DNA from: Acidobacteriota bacterium
Lineage (GTDB): Bacteria; Acidobacteriota; UBA890; WLXD01
Length of the DNA: 64,000 nt
NCBI GenBank assembly: GCA_965248695.1
Contig: CBDFKD010000002.1
Coordinates: 5,697,899-5,761,898, forward strand
Reading direction: 5' to 3'
Under the pieces are notes generated by a model that saw only the letters and a list, made by a program, of their open reading frames with translations, did not search any database and was not told where the DNA came from. The stretch's first letter is position 1; each line of letters opens with the position of its first letter. Both the position numbers and the translations under genes were made by a program. Below, in pieces: positions 29,210-41,012 of this stretch.

Positions 29210-30984
29210 TAGGCGGCTGCCGCTCCGGATCGGCGACCATCGGCGACCGCCAGCCGGGCGCCGTCCGGATAGATGTAGATGCAATGTGCATCGCCCTGTA
29301 GCCGCGACGAGCCGAGTGAGTGGCCCATCTCCTCGAGTGCCTCGATCGTTGCCGCCGGGAAGCTGCTCTCGAGACGAAGCGAGTCCGGCATCCATTGATG
29401 GTGCACGCGCGGGGCGTCTACCGCCTCCGCAAGGTCGAGGTCGAAATCAACCAGGTTCGTGATCACCCGCAAGACGGTGTTGATGATCGTCTTGCCGCCT
29501 GGTGAGCCGATCAGCGCCAACGGCACACCGTCGCGCGCGAGGATTGTCGGCGTCATGGACGACAGCGGCCGTTTGCCGGGCGCGATCAGGTTCGACTCCG
29601 TGCCGATGTAGCCGCGCGAGTCGGTAACACCGGGCCACTCGTTAAAGTCGCCCATCTCGTTGTTGAGCAGAAAGCCCGTGCCTGCGGCGACGACCTTGGC
29701 ACCGAAGCCCGCCTCGATCGTGTACGTCAGCGATACGGCGTTGCCGGCGGCATCGACGACGGAATAGTGCGTCGTCTCCGGCGATTCGGCCGGCGTCAGG
29801 ACGCCGGCGCCGAGCTCGGCGCTGGCCCGCGCCCGCATCCGAGGAATGTCGGCGGCCAGATCGCGCGCGTACGACTTGGAAGTGAGCCGGTCGATCGGAA
29901 CCTCTACGTGATCTGCATCGCCAAGGTGCCTGGCACGATCGAGGTACGCTTGCCGCATCGACTCCGCCAGCAGGTGGATGAGCTGGGGAGAGGTCGGTTC
30001 CATGGCGCTGAGATCGAACTGTTCGAGAATATTGAGCATCTCGACGAGGATCGTGCCGCCGGAAGACGGCGGGCCCATCGAAACGACCTCGAAGCCACGA
30101 TAGCTGCCTCGAATGGGCTGCCGCTCGACTGCCTCGTAGGCGGCGAGATCCGCCGCCGTGATCAGGCCGCCGTTAGCGGCCATCGCCGTGGCGACGCGCT
30201 CTGCGATCGGGCCGTTGTAGAACGCCCCCGCGCCGCCGTCGGCGATCTGCTGCAGCGACCACGCCAGATCCGGCTGGCGGAAGTTCTCCCCGGCCGCGTA
30301 CGGCGTGCCATCGGGGTGCAGAAATGCTGCGGCAGAAGCCTCGTGCTGGCGAAAGGTCCGCGCTACCCGCGCCAACGACCCGGCCAGATAGGGGCTGACG
30401 TAGAAACCTTCCGACGCCAGTCGCACGGCGGGCTCCACGAGACGCGACCAGGGCAGCTGCCCCCAGCGTTGGTGCGCCGTTCCGAACCCGGCCACCGTGC
30501 CGGGCACACCAACCGCCTTCCAGCCGACGTAATTGAGGCCGCGCACCGGCCTGCCGTCCTCGCCGAGGTACATCGTGCGCGTCGCCGCAGCGGGAGCTTT
30601 CTCCCGGAAGTCGAGCGTCGTATAGCGGGCCTCATCGGCCAGGTAGACGACCATGAACCCGCCGCCGCCCAGGTTCCCCGCCTGTGGGTGCGTAACGGCC
30701 AACGCCAAACCTACGGCGATGGCAGCGTCGATCGCGTTGCCGCCGGCGCGAAGCACCTCGATGCCCACACTGGTGGCGTGCCCGTCGACGCTCACCACGG
30801 CGCCGTGCGCTCCCATTGCCAGCCGACCGAAGTCGATCGGCGCCTGAGAGCCCGTCGCCGAGGGCACCACCATCAGCATCACGGCCGCCGCGATCGCGAC
30901 CGTCCGTCCGATCACGCCGCGACTCGTCCTCAGCACTCTCACGTTGCGCATCCCTCGAAATTCGGCTGGGTCGTTGTTGGCCAT
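29206..30984 (-). CDS. ggt: Gamma-glutamyltransferase
   Basis: GGNAIDAA, GNLGGGGF, DFREKAP, PPSSGG, ETTHYSVVD, LNNEMGDF, KRPLSSMTP. Confidence 0.95.
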   Translation of the reverse strand: MANNDPAEFRGMRNVRVLRTSRGVIGRTVAIAAAVMLMVVPSATGSQAPIDFGRLAMGAHGAVVSVDGHATSVGIEVLRAGGNAIDAAIAVGLALAVTHPQAGNLGGGGFMVVYLADEARYTTLDFREKAPAAATRTMYLGEDGRPVRGLNYVGWKAVGVPGTVAGFGTAHQRWGQLPWSRLVEPAVRLASEGFYVSPYLAGSLARVARTFRQHEASAAAFLHPDGTPYAAGENFRQPDLAWSLQQIADGGAGAFYNGPIAERVATAMAANGGLITAADLAAYEAVERQPIRGSYRGFEVVSMGPPSSGGTILVEMLNILEQFDLSAMEPTSPQLIHLLAESMRQAYLDRARHLGDADHVEVPIDRLTSKSYARDLAADIPRMRARASAELGAGVLTPAESPETTHYSVVDAAGNAVSLTYTIEAGFGAKVVAAGTGFLLNNEMGDFNEWPGVTDSRGYIGTESNLIAPGKRPLSSMTPTILARDGVPLALIGSPGGKTIINTVLRVITNLVDFDLDLAEAVDAPRVHHQWMPDSLRLESSFPAATIEALEEMGHSLGSSRLQGDAHCIYIYPDGARLAVADGRRSGAAAAY

Positions 30985-31076
30985 CGTACCGCCTCGAGCT
31001 TGCCGCTGCCGTGCATCGGCCCCGGCACGGCGCCCGCGGGCGGGAACGACTTTCGGTGTGGCGTCAGAGGCGACGG

Positions 31077-32246
31077 CTAGTCTCGGTCTGCAGCGTCGCC
31101 CTCGCCGGCGGCGAGCCGGGCGCGGCCGAACGGCACCGCTGAATGGGGAAAGCCGCGCGTCAGCCACATCGTGCGGTGCGCTTCGCCGATCTCCGAGACC
31201 AACAGGTGTCGCAACGCCAGCCATGCCGGATCGTCCGTTCGCCCGGGAGCCGTGGCGCACAGACCGATCAGGAACACCCGGAGGCTACACAGCTCACCAC
31301 CCGCGAACCCCTGCTCCTGGGCGATCCGTCGCAGGTTTCCGAAGTCCACCTGTGTGGTGATGTCGTCTGACCCCGGGCAACGCAGCGGGTCATCGTGCAG
31401 CGTGAACCGACGCTGACAAACGAGCGTCCCGATGGGGCGAGACTCGTTGTACAGCGTGCTGGTCTCGTGACCGTAGTCGATCGTCAGCCAGCCTCCCCTC
31501 GCCAGGCGCGCACCGACCTGCTGGCCCCAGGGCTCGGCCGCGAGGCAGACTTCGGCGATCTGTCCCTCGCGCAGGTCGACGCCATTGTGCGCCAGATGCG
31601 CCTCGATAGCCTCGGTGCTCGGCGGCAGAAAGCGCTCCACGAAGCCCGCTTCATCGACATCGACATGCCCCTCCAGCAGTACGCCATCGCGGAGCACTAC
31701 ACGGTGCACCGGGAACGCGTCCAGGAGCTCATTGGAGTAGACCAGTCCGGTCAGCCCGCTCGCGACCTGCTCGAGATCGGCAACGAGATCGAACCCACCA
31801 GGTACGTCGGGCAGCTCGCCGATCTGACTTTCACGACCTGACTGCCCGCGCTCGACGCTGCAGGCGCGGACACGACGCCAGAGCCCGGGGAACCGTTGCT
31901 GAAGCGCTGTGAGCGTCGATCGGATCAGCCGACCGTCACCGCTACCGATGTCGACAAGATCGAAACGATCGGGCCGATCGATGGCGACGTCCACCGCGGC
32001 CGCGAGGGTGGCAATGGCATCGCCCAACGCCGGACCGATCTGCGGGGCGGTAAGGAAGTCCGGCGACGAAACCCAGGGACCGGGCGCGGAAGTATAGTAC
32101 CCGTAGTCGGGGTGATACAGCGCGCTAGCCATGAACGCGGCGAACGGCGTCGGGCCAGCCGCCGCGATGCTTTCCGAAAGGCAGCGTATCAGGGCCTGGG
32201 AGCCGCGTCCGGGACCTTGGAATTCGAGTTGCACCGCTTCGACCAA
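31077..32246 (-). CDS. SAM-dependent methyltransferase, MidA/NDUFAF7 family
   Basis: FMASALYHP.YGYY, DFLTAP, DIGSGDG, SNELLDAFPV, IDYG, PGSDDIT. Confidence 0.88.
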   Translation of the reverse strand: MVEAVQLEFQGPGRGSQALIRCLSESIAAAGPTPFAAFMASALYHPDYGYYTSAPGPWVSSPDFLTAPQIGPALGDAIATLAAAVDVAIDRPDRFDLVDIGSGDGRLIRSTLTALQQRFPGLWRRVRACSVERGQSGRESQIGELPDVPGGFDLVADLEQVASGLTGLVYSNELLDAFPVHRVVLRDGVLLEGHVDVDEAGFVERFLPPSTEAIEAHLAHNGVDLREGQIAEVCLAAEPWGQQVGARLARGGWLTIDYGHETSTLYNESRPIGTLVCQRRFTLHDDPLRCPGSDDITTQVDFGNLRRIAQEQGFAGGELCSLRVFLIGLCATAPGRTDDPAWLALRHLLVSEIGEAHRTMWLTRGFPHSAVPFGRARLAAGEGDAADRD

Positions 32247-32347
32247 TCAGCTAACTTGACAGCTGTACGTTGGGCGATCTCTGTCTTCCGTCCATTTCCT
32301 CCCCAGTCCGCTTCGCGGCCGTCGAATTCTAGGTAAGACATACGGGT

Positions 32348-33922
32348 ATGGCAAACGAAAAGGTCGAGGAAATCCAAGCCCTCATCGAAAAGGGCAAGAA
32401 GCGGGGCTACCTGACGTTCGCCGAGGTCGACGAGATTCTCCCCGAAGGGGCGGACCCCGAGCTCAACCGGCGTCACCTCACGTCGATGTTCGAGAGCATG
32501 GAAATCGATGTCGTCGAGGACACGCCCGAGGACCCGGACGGCGACTTCGAGGAAGACGAAGAAGAAGACGAGAAGGAAGGGTACGAACCCGGCGCCGGGG
32601 ACCTCGACGATCCGATCAAGATCTACTTCCGCGAGATGGGCGAGAAGGCCCTGCTCGACCGCGAGGGTGAGATCCGGCTGGCGCGCGCGATCGAGGAGGG
32701 ACTCGAGGGTCGGGTCGTGGCGGTGCTCAACTGTCCCATGGCCTCCCAGTACCTGGCGGAGCTGGCGGCGCACGTGTACGACGAGCCCGCCGATATGGAT
32801 CGCCTGTCGGACAAGTACGACGACATGGATCCAGCGCGCGCGATCAAGGAGGTGCGCAGGGTCGTCAACGTGGTCGAGCGGCACCGCAAGGCCCTTCGCA
32901 AGGTGCGCTCGAAGCTGAAGCGCAAGCTGCGCGAGGAAACGGCGCTGCGGGTCCGACTCGAGATGATCCAGGTGCAGTCGAAGGTAGCCGCGAAGATGGG
33001 CGAACTGGCTCCGAGTGAGCGCTTTCTCGACGAGAGCATCGTGCGTATGCGGCGCCTGGCGGCCAACTACGCTGTCGCGATGCGCGCCAAGGACACCGAG
33101 CGCACCGCCGCGCTCGAAGCCAAGTACGCCCTCAGCCGCGACGAGCTGCGCCGCTACCTGCGCGCCATTGAAGAGGCGGAGCAGCAGGTCGAGTGGGCGA
33201 AGAGCGAGCTCACGCAGGCGAACTTGCGGCTCGTGGTTTCGATCGCCAAGAAGTACGTCAACTATGGCCTGCCGTTCTCGGATCTCATCCAGGAAGGCAA
33301 CATCGGCCTCATGAAGGCGGTCGAGAAATTCGACTACAAGAAGGGTTACAAGTTCTCGACCTACGCTACGTGGTGGATTCGACAGGCGATCACCCGCGCG
33401 ATCGCCGACAAGGGCAAGACGATCCGTGTGCCGGTGCACATGATCGAGACCATTCGCAAGGTTTCCCAAACATCACGGCGGCTGTTCAAGAAGCTCGGAC
33501 GCAAGCCGACTCCAAAGGAGATCGGCGACGAGATGGACATGCCGGTCGACAAGGTCAAGGAGGTGCTGCGCGCCGCCAAGAAGACTCTGTCGTTGGAAAC
33601 GCCGATCGGCGACGGTGAAGACTCGTCGCTGTCTGATTTCATCGAGAACGAGCAGGTTGTTTCACCACTCGACATCGTTCTGTCGAAGAACCTCTCGGAC
33701 CAGACGCGCAAGGTGCTCGCCACCCTGACGCCACGGGAAGAGAAGGTGTTGCGCATGCGCTTCGGCATTGGCGAGGAGCGCGAGTACACCCTCGAAGAGG
33801 TGGGCGAGTACTTCAGCGTGACGCGCGAGCGGATTCGCCAGATCGAGGGCAAAGCGCTCCGCAAGCTGCGCCACCCGCTGCGCTCGAAGAACCTGAAGGA
33901 ACTGCTCGACGAGGCCAGCTAG
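32348..33922 (+). CDS. rpoD: Primary sigma-70 factor
   Basis: Region 1.1, [55 protein letters not shown]. Confidence 0.95.
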   Translation: MANEKVEEIQALIEKGKKRGYLTFAEVDEILPEGADPELNRRHLTSMFESMEIDVVEDTPEDPDGDFEEDEEEDEKEGYEPGAGDLDDPIKIYFREMGEKALLDREGEIRLARAIEEGLEGRVVAVLNCPMASQYLAELAAHVYDEPADMDRLSDKYDDMDPARAIKEVRRVVNVVERHRKALRKVRSKLKRKLREETALRVRLEMIQVQSKVAAKMGELAPSERFLDESIVRMRRLAANYAVAMRAKDTERTAALEAKYALSRDELRRYLRAIEEAEQQVEWAKSELTQANLRLVVSIAKKYVNYGLPFSDLIQEGNIGLMKAVEKFDYKKGYKFSTYATWWIRQAITRAIADKGKTIRVPVHMIETIRKVSQTSRRLFKKLGRKPTPKEIGDEMDMPVDKVKEVLRAAKKTLSLETPIGDGEDSSLSDFIENEQVVSPLDIVLSKNLSDQTRKVLATLTPREEKVLRMRFGIGEEREYTLEEVGEYFSVTRERIRQIEGKALRKLRHPLRSKNLKELLDEAS

Positions 33923-33923
33923 C

Positions 33924-35126
33924 CTACCGGCTTCGGAGCCAGTTGAGCGGGTTCAGCGCGTCGGTCCCCTCACGCACCTCGAAATAGAGGTTCGGACCGA
34001 TCAGCGAGGCCGTCTCCCCTACCTCACCGACGACATCACCGGCGCCCACAGCCTGGTTCACGCGCACGCTGATGGCATTGAGATGACCGTACAGGCTGAA
34101 ATAACCGCCCCCATGGGCGACGATGACCATCAAGCCGTAGCCACTGTACCAATCGGCGAAAACGACGCTGCCGCCGAAAACCGCCGCCACCGGGTCGCCC
34201 TGCTCGCCGTCGATCTCGATGCCCCGCGACACGGTAAAGGTGTCGTACACAGGATGCCGACGCCGCCCGAAGTCGCCCACCACCGCTCCGTCCACCGGCC
34301 ACACGAGCTGGCCACGGGCAGAGGCGAAGGCCGCGGGAGCGCTGGCCTCGGCGGCCCGTGAAAGCATGAGCATGGTCGATTCGAGCCGACTCTCCGAACG
34401 CTGCGCGGCGGCCAGCGCCACCCGTTGCACCTCCGCCTCGCGATCGATGGCGGTGAGCAGGTCCCGGCGCTGCTCCTGTTGCCGAGCCAGAGCAATCGCG
34501 GTTGCCTCGGTGTCGCTGGCAACCGCCGCGAGCCGGCTCTCGGTTTCCGCCAGCGCCTCGCGAGCCTGATCGAGTTCGGCGACAGTCGAGCGCACCGACT
34601 GCAGCAAGTCACGATCACGCGCCGCCAGGTACGTGATGATCTGGTAAGCGGCCAGGGCATCCGATGCGGTCTCTGCCGCCAGCAGCAAACGGCTGTACGA
34701 CAAAGGTCCAGCACGATAGAGCGATGCGACACGCACTCGCAGTGTCTGGCGACTCTCCGCGAACAACGCCTCGAGGCGCTCCAGCTCGCTCTCGTGCTCG
34801 ATCCGTTCCTGTGCCAGTACGCCGTCGCGCTGTTTAAGGATGGCGAGCTGCTCGCGACGAAGTGCCAGCTCGACGTCCGCCGTTTCGAAGCTGTTGACGA
34901 CCGACTCACGCTCCGACGCCAAACGTTCGAGCTCGGCCTCCAGGCTGCCTACGCGCTCACGCAGCGAGGCGAGCTCCTCCTCGGAGCCACGCTCGGTCGC
35001 CTCCTGGGCCGACTCCTGCGCCGGCGCGGCGGCCAGCAAGGCCATCGCCACCGCCAGGCACCGCCAGCCGACTCGTCTCGGTCCCGGGACCCGTCGTCGC
35101 ATCACGCCGATGCGCTCCTTGCCCAT
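33924..35126 (-). CDS. envC: Murein hydrolase activator EnvC-like (coiled coil + degenerate M23)
   Basis: Signal peptide, long coiled coil, WPVDG, GIEI, GYG..VIVAHG..YFSLYGH, LYFEVR. Confidence 0.8.
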   Translation of the reverse strand: MGKERIGVMRRRVPGPRRVGWRCLAVAMALLAAAPAQESAQEATERGSEEELASLRERVGSLEAELERLASERESVVNSFETADVELALRREQLAILKQRDGVLAQERIEHESELERLEALFAESRQTLRVRVASLYRAGPLSYSRLLLAAETASDALAAYQIITYLAARDRDLLQSVRSTVAELDQAREALAETESRLAAVASDTEATAIALARQQEQRRDLLTAIDREAEVQRVALAAAQRSESRLESTMLMLSRAAEASAPAAFASARGQLVWPVDGAVVGDFGRRRHPVYDTFTVSRGIEIDGEQGDPVAAVFGGSVVFADWYSGYGLMVIVAHGGGYFSLYGHLNAISVRVNQAVGAGDVVGEVGETASLIGPNLYFEVREGTDALNPLNWLRSR

Positions 35127-35162
35127 GCTCGTTCGGTCCTCCCGACAAGAAGAAGCCGCTGG

Positions 35163-36347
35163 CTAGTCGTCGCGCTCGACTGCCAGCGCTACGGCGTTGC
35201 CCCCACCCAGGCACATGGCCGCGATGCCGCGGCGACCCCCACGGTCGCGCAAAGCGTACAGCAGCGTGGTCAAGATCCGTGCCCCCGACGCGCCGATCGG
35301 GTGGCCGAGCGCGATGGCTCCGCCGCGCACGTTGACCCGCTCGGCATCCAGTTGCAGCTCCCGTACGAGCGCCACCGCCTGCACCGCAAATGCCTCGTTG
35401 AGCTCGAAGAGATCGACCTCGTCCGGCTCCCAGCCCGTCTTGGCGAGGACCAGGCGGATCGCCTCCACGGGAGCCATCATCACGAGCTCCGGCTCGGTGC
35501 CACTGGTTGCGTACGCTACGACTCGCGCGAGGATGTCCAGGCCGTGATCCTCCGCCTGATCTCGCGACGTCAAGCAGACGGCGGCAGCGCCGTCGTTGAC
35601 GCCCGGCGCGTTCCCAGCCGTGACCGTCCCGTCCGTCTGAAATACCGGCTGGAGGCGCGCAAGCGCATCTGCGGTGGTATCCGCCCGAATGGTTTCGTCA
35701 CGACCTACGAGGACCGGTTCGCCGCGCCGTTGGGGTACCGACAGCGGTAGCAGCTCGGCTTCGAAGCTGCCGGCAGCCTGCGCCTCTGCAGCGCGGCGGT
35801 GCGACTCCAAGCTCCAGGCGTCCTGCTCCTCGCGGCTCACTCCCCAGCGCTCGGCCACCACCTCGCCCGTGCAACCCATGTGGTAGTCGTTGTAGGCGTC
35901 CCACAGGCCGTCATGTAGGGTGGCATCCAGCAGTTTCCCGTGCCCCATTCGGTAGCCAGCGCGCGCACGCGGAAGCAGGAAAGGTCCGTTGCTCATGCTC
36001 TCCTGACCGCCGGCAACCACGTGCTCGGCGTCGCCGAGTCGGATCGCTTGCGTTGCCAGCACGACTGCCTTGAGCGACGAGCCACAGACCTTGTTGACGG
36101 TCAGGGCAGCAACGGTCACCGGCAGCCCGGCTCCCAAGGCCGCCTGGCGAGCCGGGTTCTGTCCGCTGCCCGCCTGCACAACGTGGCCCATGATGACCTC
36201 GTCGATGACGGCGGGGTCGAGCCCGGCGCGTTGCACCGCCGCGCCGACCACCAGCGCACCGAGATCGGTCGCCTTGAACCCGCTGAGGGCACCCATCAAC
36301 CGTCCGGTCGGTGTACGCACGGCAGATACGATGACGGCTTCGCGCAT
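35163..36347 (-). CDS. Acetyl-CoA C-acetyltransferase (thiolase)
   Basis: [23 protein letters not shown]. Confidence 0.95.
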   Translation of the reverse strand: MREAVIVSAVRTPTGRLMGALSGFKATDLGALVVGAAVQRAGLDPAVIDEVIMGHVVQAGSGQNPARQAALGAGLPVTVAALTVNKVCGSSLKAVVLATQAIRLGDAEHVVAGGQESMSNGPFLLPRARAGYRMGHGKLLDATLHDGLWDAYNDYHMGCTGEVVAERWGVSREEQDAWSLESHRRAAEAQAAGSFEAELLPLSVPQRRGEPVLVGRDETIRADTTADALARLQPVFQTDGTVTAGNAPGVNDGAAAVCLTSRDQAEDHGLDILARVVAYATSGTEPELVMMAPVEAIRLVLAKTGWEPDEVDLFELNEAFAVQAVALVRELQLDAERVNVRGGAIALGHPIGASGARILTTLLYALRDRGGRRGIAAMCLGGGNAVALAVERDD

Positions 36348-36541
36348 GCAATGAGACTAACAGGCCGGGCGACCACTTTTCGCCGCCGCCGGCCTCCGTC
36401 GCCGTGCCCCACACGCGGCGCCGAGAGGACCGTTTGTCGACCTCTGAGGGGCACCGTACACTGCATTCATCCCTCTCCCGTCCACGGTGCGCGCCCGCAC
36501 GGGTAACCGACGCAGGCAGCACAGTGGCCCTGGTACGAGCC

Positions 36542-38449
36542 GTGTCCTCAGACGCCATCGATCGCTACCGAATCGTCGGTACCGCCGGCCATATCGATCA
36601 CGGCAAGAGCGCGCTGGTGCAGGCTCTGACGGGCGTCGATCCCGATCGGCTCCAGGAGGAAAAGGAGCGCGGGATCACCATCGACTTGGGCTTCGCGGAC
36701 ACTCACCTCGGCAACCTGCACGTCGGCTTCGTCGACGTACCGGGTCATGAGCGCTTCGTGAAGAACATGCTCGCGGGCGTCGGCGGCATCGACGCATTGT
36801 TGATGGTCGTAGCTGCCGACGAGTCGATCATGCCGCAGACTCGGGAACACTTCGCCATTTGCCGACTGCTGGGCATCGACGCCGGTGTCGTGGCGATCAC
36901 CAAGTGCGATCTCGTCGACGACGAGATGGCCGAATTGGTGGAGCTCGAGGTGGAGGAACTGCTCGCCGGCAGTGGGCTCGAAGGCTCTCCCATCGTCCGC
37001 ACCAGCGCCGCGAGCGGGGAGGGGCTGGATACCCTTCGCGACCGGCTCGGGGAGGTGCTGGCTTCAACGGCGGCGCGGCCGGCTGAAGGGGTCCTGCGCC
37101 TGCCGATCGATCGCATCTTCACGATGAAGGGCTTCGGGACGGTGATCACCGGAACGCTGCTAGCCGGGCGCGTAGCGGTGGGCGATCGGCTCGAAGCGCT
37201 ACCGTCCGGACGCACAATAACAGTACGCGGCGTTCAGGTCCACGGCCACAGCCAGGACCGTGCGATCGCCGGCCAGCGCACGGCGCTCAACCTGCAGGGC
37301 GTCCAGGTCGAGGAGCTGGCGCGCGGCATGGTGCTTGCCGCTCCCGGGACGCTACAGCCGTCGCACATGATCGATGCGCGGCTGGAGGTTCTGGATGGCT
37401 TCGAGATCAAGCATCTGCAGCGCCTACGCTTCCACCATGGCGCAGCCGAAGTTCTCGGGCGTGCGGCGGTGATCGGCAGCGACCGCATTCGCGGGACCGA
37501 CGGCTTCGTCCAGTTGCGCCTCGAGTCTGCCTATCCGACCGCCCCCGGCGACCGGTTCATCATCCGACGCTACTCGCCGGTGGTGACCATCGGCGGTGGC
37601 ATCGTCCTCGACACGGCAGCGCCCAAGCGACGCCGTGGCGCCGCCGCCATCGAGGCGATGCGCCACCTCGACGGCGCCGACAACGTCACTAGGCTGACGG
37701 CCTGGATCGATGAGGCGGGCGAGGCGGGGTTGCCACGCGACGGGCTGCGCAGACGTTTGGCGTGCACAGACGAAGCGCTGGCGGGCATTGTTGGCGCCGC
37801 AGTCACCGCGGGTGATATCGCGGAGGTCGGCGGCCACGAGCCGCGGCTGGTGCCGCTGTCAGCGATCGAACGCGTCTGTACCGAGGCACTCGAGAGCCTC
37901 CGTCAGTACCACGAGCGCTATCCGCTCCGCCCGGCGCTGCCGAAGCAGGATCTGCGGAGCGCCGTCGCCTCCCGGATCCCGGAGCCGGTGTTCGACGCCG
38001 CGCTGGCGCACCTGGTGCGCCAGGGAGGCGTTCGTGCCGCCGGCGACGGGTTCGCGCTGGCGAGCCACGAAGTATCCGTCGACTCGACGGACCCGACGCT
38101 GCGCGACGAGTTGCTACGACGCTTTGCGGCCTCGGGGGTCGGGATTGGAGCGCCCGAGGAGGTCATGGCGAGCGTAACGGGTGATCCCGGGGTGGTGCGC
38201 GAGCTATTCCATCATCTGGTGCGCAGCGGACAGCTGGTGCGCATACGCGATGCACTGGTGGTCGAGGCCGGGGCGCTGGGCAGTGTCATCGACGATCTTC
38301 GTGCGCGGCTGCAACCCGGCGACCGGTTCACCGTCGCTGACTTCAAAGCGTGGACCGGGCTGACACGCAAGAACTCCATTCCGCTGCTCGAGTACCTCGA
38401 CAGCACCCGCGTGACGCGCCGTGTTGGCGACCAGCGCGAGCGCGTCTGA
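36542..38449 (+). CDS. selB: Selenocysteine-specific elongation factor
   Basis: [32 protein letters not shown]; C-terminal winged helix [13 protein letters not shown]. Confidence 0.95.
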   Translation: MSSDAIDRYRIVGTAGHIDHGKSALVQALTGVDPDRLQEEKERGITIDLGFADTHLGNLHVGFVDVPGHERFVKNMLAGVGGIDALLMVVAADESIMPQTREHFAICRLLGIDAGVVAITKCDLVDDEMAELVELEVEELLAGSGLEGSPIVRTSAASGEGLDTLRDRLGEVLASTAARPAEGVLRLPIDRIFTMKGFGTVITGTLLAGRVAVGDRLEALPSGRTITVRGVQVHGHSQDRAIAGQRTALNLQGVQVEELARGMVLAAPGTLQPSHMIDARLEVLDGFEIKHLQRLRFHHGAAEVLGRAAVIGSDRIRGTDGFVQLRLESAYPTAPGDRFIIRRYSPVVTIGGGIVLDTAAPKRRRGAAAIEAMRHLDGADNVTRLTAWIDEAGEAGLPRDGLRRRLACTDEALAGIVGAAVTAGDIAEVGGHEPRLVPLSAIERVCTEALESLRQYHERYPLRPALPKQDLRSAVASRIPEPVFDAALAHLVRQGGVRAAGDGFALASHEVSVDSTDPTLRDELLRRFAASGVGIGAPEEVMASVTGDPGVVRELFHHLVRSGQLVRIRDALVVEAGALGSVIDDLRARLQPGDRFTVADFKAWTGLTRKNSIPLLEYLDSTRVTRRVGDQRERV

Positions 38450-38571
38450 TCGAAAGCGTGATCAGCGTGCCGCGTGTTTCGCATACCATAGGTGCCCCGG
38501 CTCGCGTCATTGACCGCCGCTGCGCTACACGCCTATCATGGAGCTACAAGATTCTACGGAGGGAACGAACA

Positions 38572-38733
38572 ATGTTCGGTTCGCTAGGACCTACGGAACT
38601 GCTACTGATTTTCTTGATCGTGATGCTGATCTTCGGCGCCAGAAAGCTACCTGAGATCGGCAAAGGCTTGGGGAACGGAATCCAAAACTTCAAGAGCGCC
38701 ATGCGCGGCGGCAGCGACGAAGACACCAGCTGA
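38572..38733 (+). CDS. tatA: Twin-arginine translocase TatA/E
   Basis: [37 protein letters not shown]. Confidence 0.95.
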   Translation: MFGSLGPTELLLIFLIVMLIFGARKLPEIGKGLGNGIQNFKSAMRGGSDEDTS

Positions 38734-38777
38734 GCTCCGAGACATCCACTCACCGCCCCTGGTTGGAGAGGACTTCC

Positions 38778-39284
38778 ATGCCTACGAGGCGACTCGTACG
38801 GGCTAGCGCCTTGCTTGTCGCGCTCGCGCTGCCAGCGTGCCAGATCACCTGGCGTGAGCCCATCCTGCAGCCGCTCAACAGCAACCGCTACTACGATTCC
38901 ACCCTGGAGGCGACCTGCAACGCCGCCGAACAGGTGGTGACGCACCTCGGGTTGACCGTCAAGGAGTCGCAGCAGCAGGAGCGCGCCTGCCTGCTGGAGA
39001 CCGACTTCAAGGTGTTATCGGACACAGGCGAGGATCCCACCGAACACCTCGATCGCGTTGCCTTCGTCAGCGTCGGCCCGTTTATCGGGGGGCGCTACAC
39101 GCTAACGATCACAACACGGAACGTGCGCGACAGCGGCACCCGCGTCAAAGTCTCGACGCGGGTCGAGGGATACATCAACGAGGAGTTCGGCTATCAGGTG
39201 CTGCGCTCCCGGGGAATCATCGAGGAGCGCGTGTTCGCCGCCATCGGCCAGTCGGTCGGCGCTGCGCCAGTCGAGGCCAACTGA
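38778..39284 (+). CDS. Putative lipoprotein
   Basis: Basic N-terminus, hydrophobic core, LPAC lipobox-like motif. Confidence 0.65.
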   Translation: MPTRRLVRASALLVALALPACQITWREPILQPLNSNRYYDSTLEATCNAAEQVVTHLGLTVKESQQQERACLLETDFKVLSDTGEDPTEHLDRVAFVSVGPFIGGRYTLTITTRNVRDSGTRVKVSTRVEGYINEEFGYQVLRSRGIIEERVFAAIGQSVGAAPVEAN

Positions 39285-39303
39285 GGCTGGTCCAGCGTCC
39301 AGC

Positions 39304-40017
39304 TCAGAAGCGGAACTCGACTCCAGCCGACCAGTACAGGTTCGTGGCAACAAAGCCGCGGAAAAAAACGCTCGGCAATTGCCCCTCCTCTTGCTTGGGC
39401 CCAAAGCCGGTTCGGAGCCCACGAACGTCGGCACGCAGGCCGAGGTTCTCTACGATTCGAACTCGGAGCCCGCCTCCGAAGACCAGCCCCATCTGGCGGC
39501 TGGAGTCGATCTCTGCCGCAGCCGAGCTCACGCCGACCGTCCCGTAGCCGAGCGAGAGTATCGGCACAATGCGACGGGAGCGCTCGAGCAGGGAGTAGTT
39601 CACCACGCCCATCGTGTAGTTGATCTGCAGGTCCGCGAACGGGAACTCCGTCTTCCCCTGCCCGGCGAGGTTCGTCAGGATCACGTTCATCGGCGGAGAG
39701 GACCGACCATATTCGAGCTCGACGTCGAAACGCGAAGAGAAGATGAACCCGGCGCGCAACCCCCACATCGAGTTCGAATCCATCACGTACGACGAGCGGA
39801 AGAAGATGTTCTCGACGCTTCCGAGCGGCGTACCGCCCGTCATGTTTCCGGCGAACCCTCCGACGTAGAACCGCTGATCCTTCCATCCCGCGTCGGGCTC
39901 CATGTAACTCGATTCCTGGGGTAGCGGCGCCGGCGCGTCCTCCTGACCGACGGCCGTAGAGGGTACGAGCGTCAGCGCACCGAGCGTCGCCAGCCACATC
40001 CAGGTACGACGCATCAC
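39304..40017 (-). CDS. Outer-membrane beta-barrel protein (OmpA/OmpW-like)
   Basis: Signal peptide, alternating beta strands, C-terminal VEFRF. Confidence 0.8.
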   Translation of the reverse strand: MMRRTWMWLATLGALTLVPSTAVGQEDAPAPLPQESSYMEPDAGWKDQRFYVGGFAGNMTGGTPLGSVENIFFRSSYVMDSNSMWGLRAGFIFSSRFDVELEYGRSSPPMNVILTNLAGQGKTEFPFADLQINYTMGVVNYSLLERSRRIVPILSLGYGTVGVSSAAAEIDSSRQMGLVFGGGLRVRIVENLGLRADVRGLRTGFGPKQEEGQLPSVFFRGFVATNLYWSAGVEFRF

Positions 40018-41012
40018 TGAACGTCCACGGTGACGCCGGTAACCGTCTGGCCGGCACCGACGCGCAACGTCTGGCTGGCGAAGGCAGAGCGGAAGGTCGT
40101 ATCGACACCGTCGCGCAGAAAGATGCCGCCGAGCGCAGCGGGCGTGATCTGACCACTGAGCGGAAATGCCGCGAGCAGATACGTGCCCGGCGGTAGTCCC
40201 CCGACACTGAAGCTGCCGTCGGGCAGGCTGACCGCGCCGATGAGTATGTCCTGGAACGGCTCGTGGACGACGACGTGGGCCCCGAAGACGGGAGCGCCGG
40301 CACGGGTCACCCAGCCGGTGATCGCTGCACGCGCGGAGCCTGGTGCCGGATACAACGCTGCCAGGGCAGCGATGTCATCGTCGCGCAGCGTGCGCGCCGC
40401 ATCCCCGACGCCGCGGCCAAACGGGAACATGACCGACGTCTCGGCGGCGAGCGTACCGTCGGCCCCGAACCCTCCGAGGGGCGAGCTCGCGAGTCCGAGG
40501 AACCGGCCGATCTGCTGGACCATCGTGGTCTCCAGATCGAGCCCGACATTGCTCCCTTCGGTCGTTGTGAACCCGATGGCTCGATCGTTGATCAGCATGT
40601 CCGATTCAACGATGCTGCCGTCGGCGTCCATCAGCGTGAACGTCAAGGCGAGGAACTGGGCGGCGTCCAGCGAGGCATCGTTGGAGAACTCGATGACGTT
40701 GATACCGTCCAGGACGTCGGCCTCGAGCCCGCGTTGCTCGGCCTCGACAAAGATATCGACGATCGAATCGGGTGACGTGCTCCAAGTGCTCATCGCCGCA
40801 TCGAGGGCGGCGCGACCCGCCGCCGCCGGGACGTCGTTGGTGAGACCCCGAGTTACTCGTGTAGCAATCGGAAACGCGGCTGCGGGCCAGTGTGCTACCA
40901 CCGCGGAGCCGCCGACGAAGTCGATCGTGTTCGGCACATAGGCCGGAACCGGCGAGGCCGCAACAACCAGCGCAACGAGCATCACGGCGGAGGTGGACCT
41001 GGCCGTGCTCAT
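40014..41012 (-). CDS. Matrixin(M10)-like secreted protein with degenerate Zn motif and C-terminal CarboxypepD_reg-like domain
   Basis: IVESDMLIN, DLETTMVQQIGRFLGL, SVMFP Met-turn, DDIAALAALYP, PVFGAHVV, GLPPGTY. Confidence 0.75.
   Translation of the reverse strand: MSTARSTSAVMLVALVVAASPVPAYVPNTIDFVGGSAVVAHWPAAAFPIATRVTRGLTNDVPAAAGRAALDAAMSTWSTSPDSIVDIFVEAEQRGLEADVLDGINVIEFSNDASLDAAQFLALTFTLMDADGSIVESDMLINDRAIGFTTTEGSNVGLDLETTMVQQIGRFLGLASSPLGGFGADGTLAAETSVMFPFGRGVGDAARTLRDDDIAALAALYPAPGSARAAITGWVTRAGAPVFGAHVVVHEPFQDILIGAVSLPDGSFSVGGLPPGTYLLAAFPLSGQITPAALGGIFLRDGVDTTFRSAFASQTLRVGAGQTVTGVTVDVQ

Noticed and set aside
32189-33469. 426-aa antisense ORF and similar long shadow ORFs (4002-5189, 29767-31080, 34425-35750, 48897-50042)
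   Set aside because: Expected stop-poor antisense frames of high-GC genes; no recognisable motifs.
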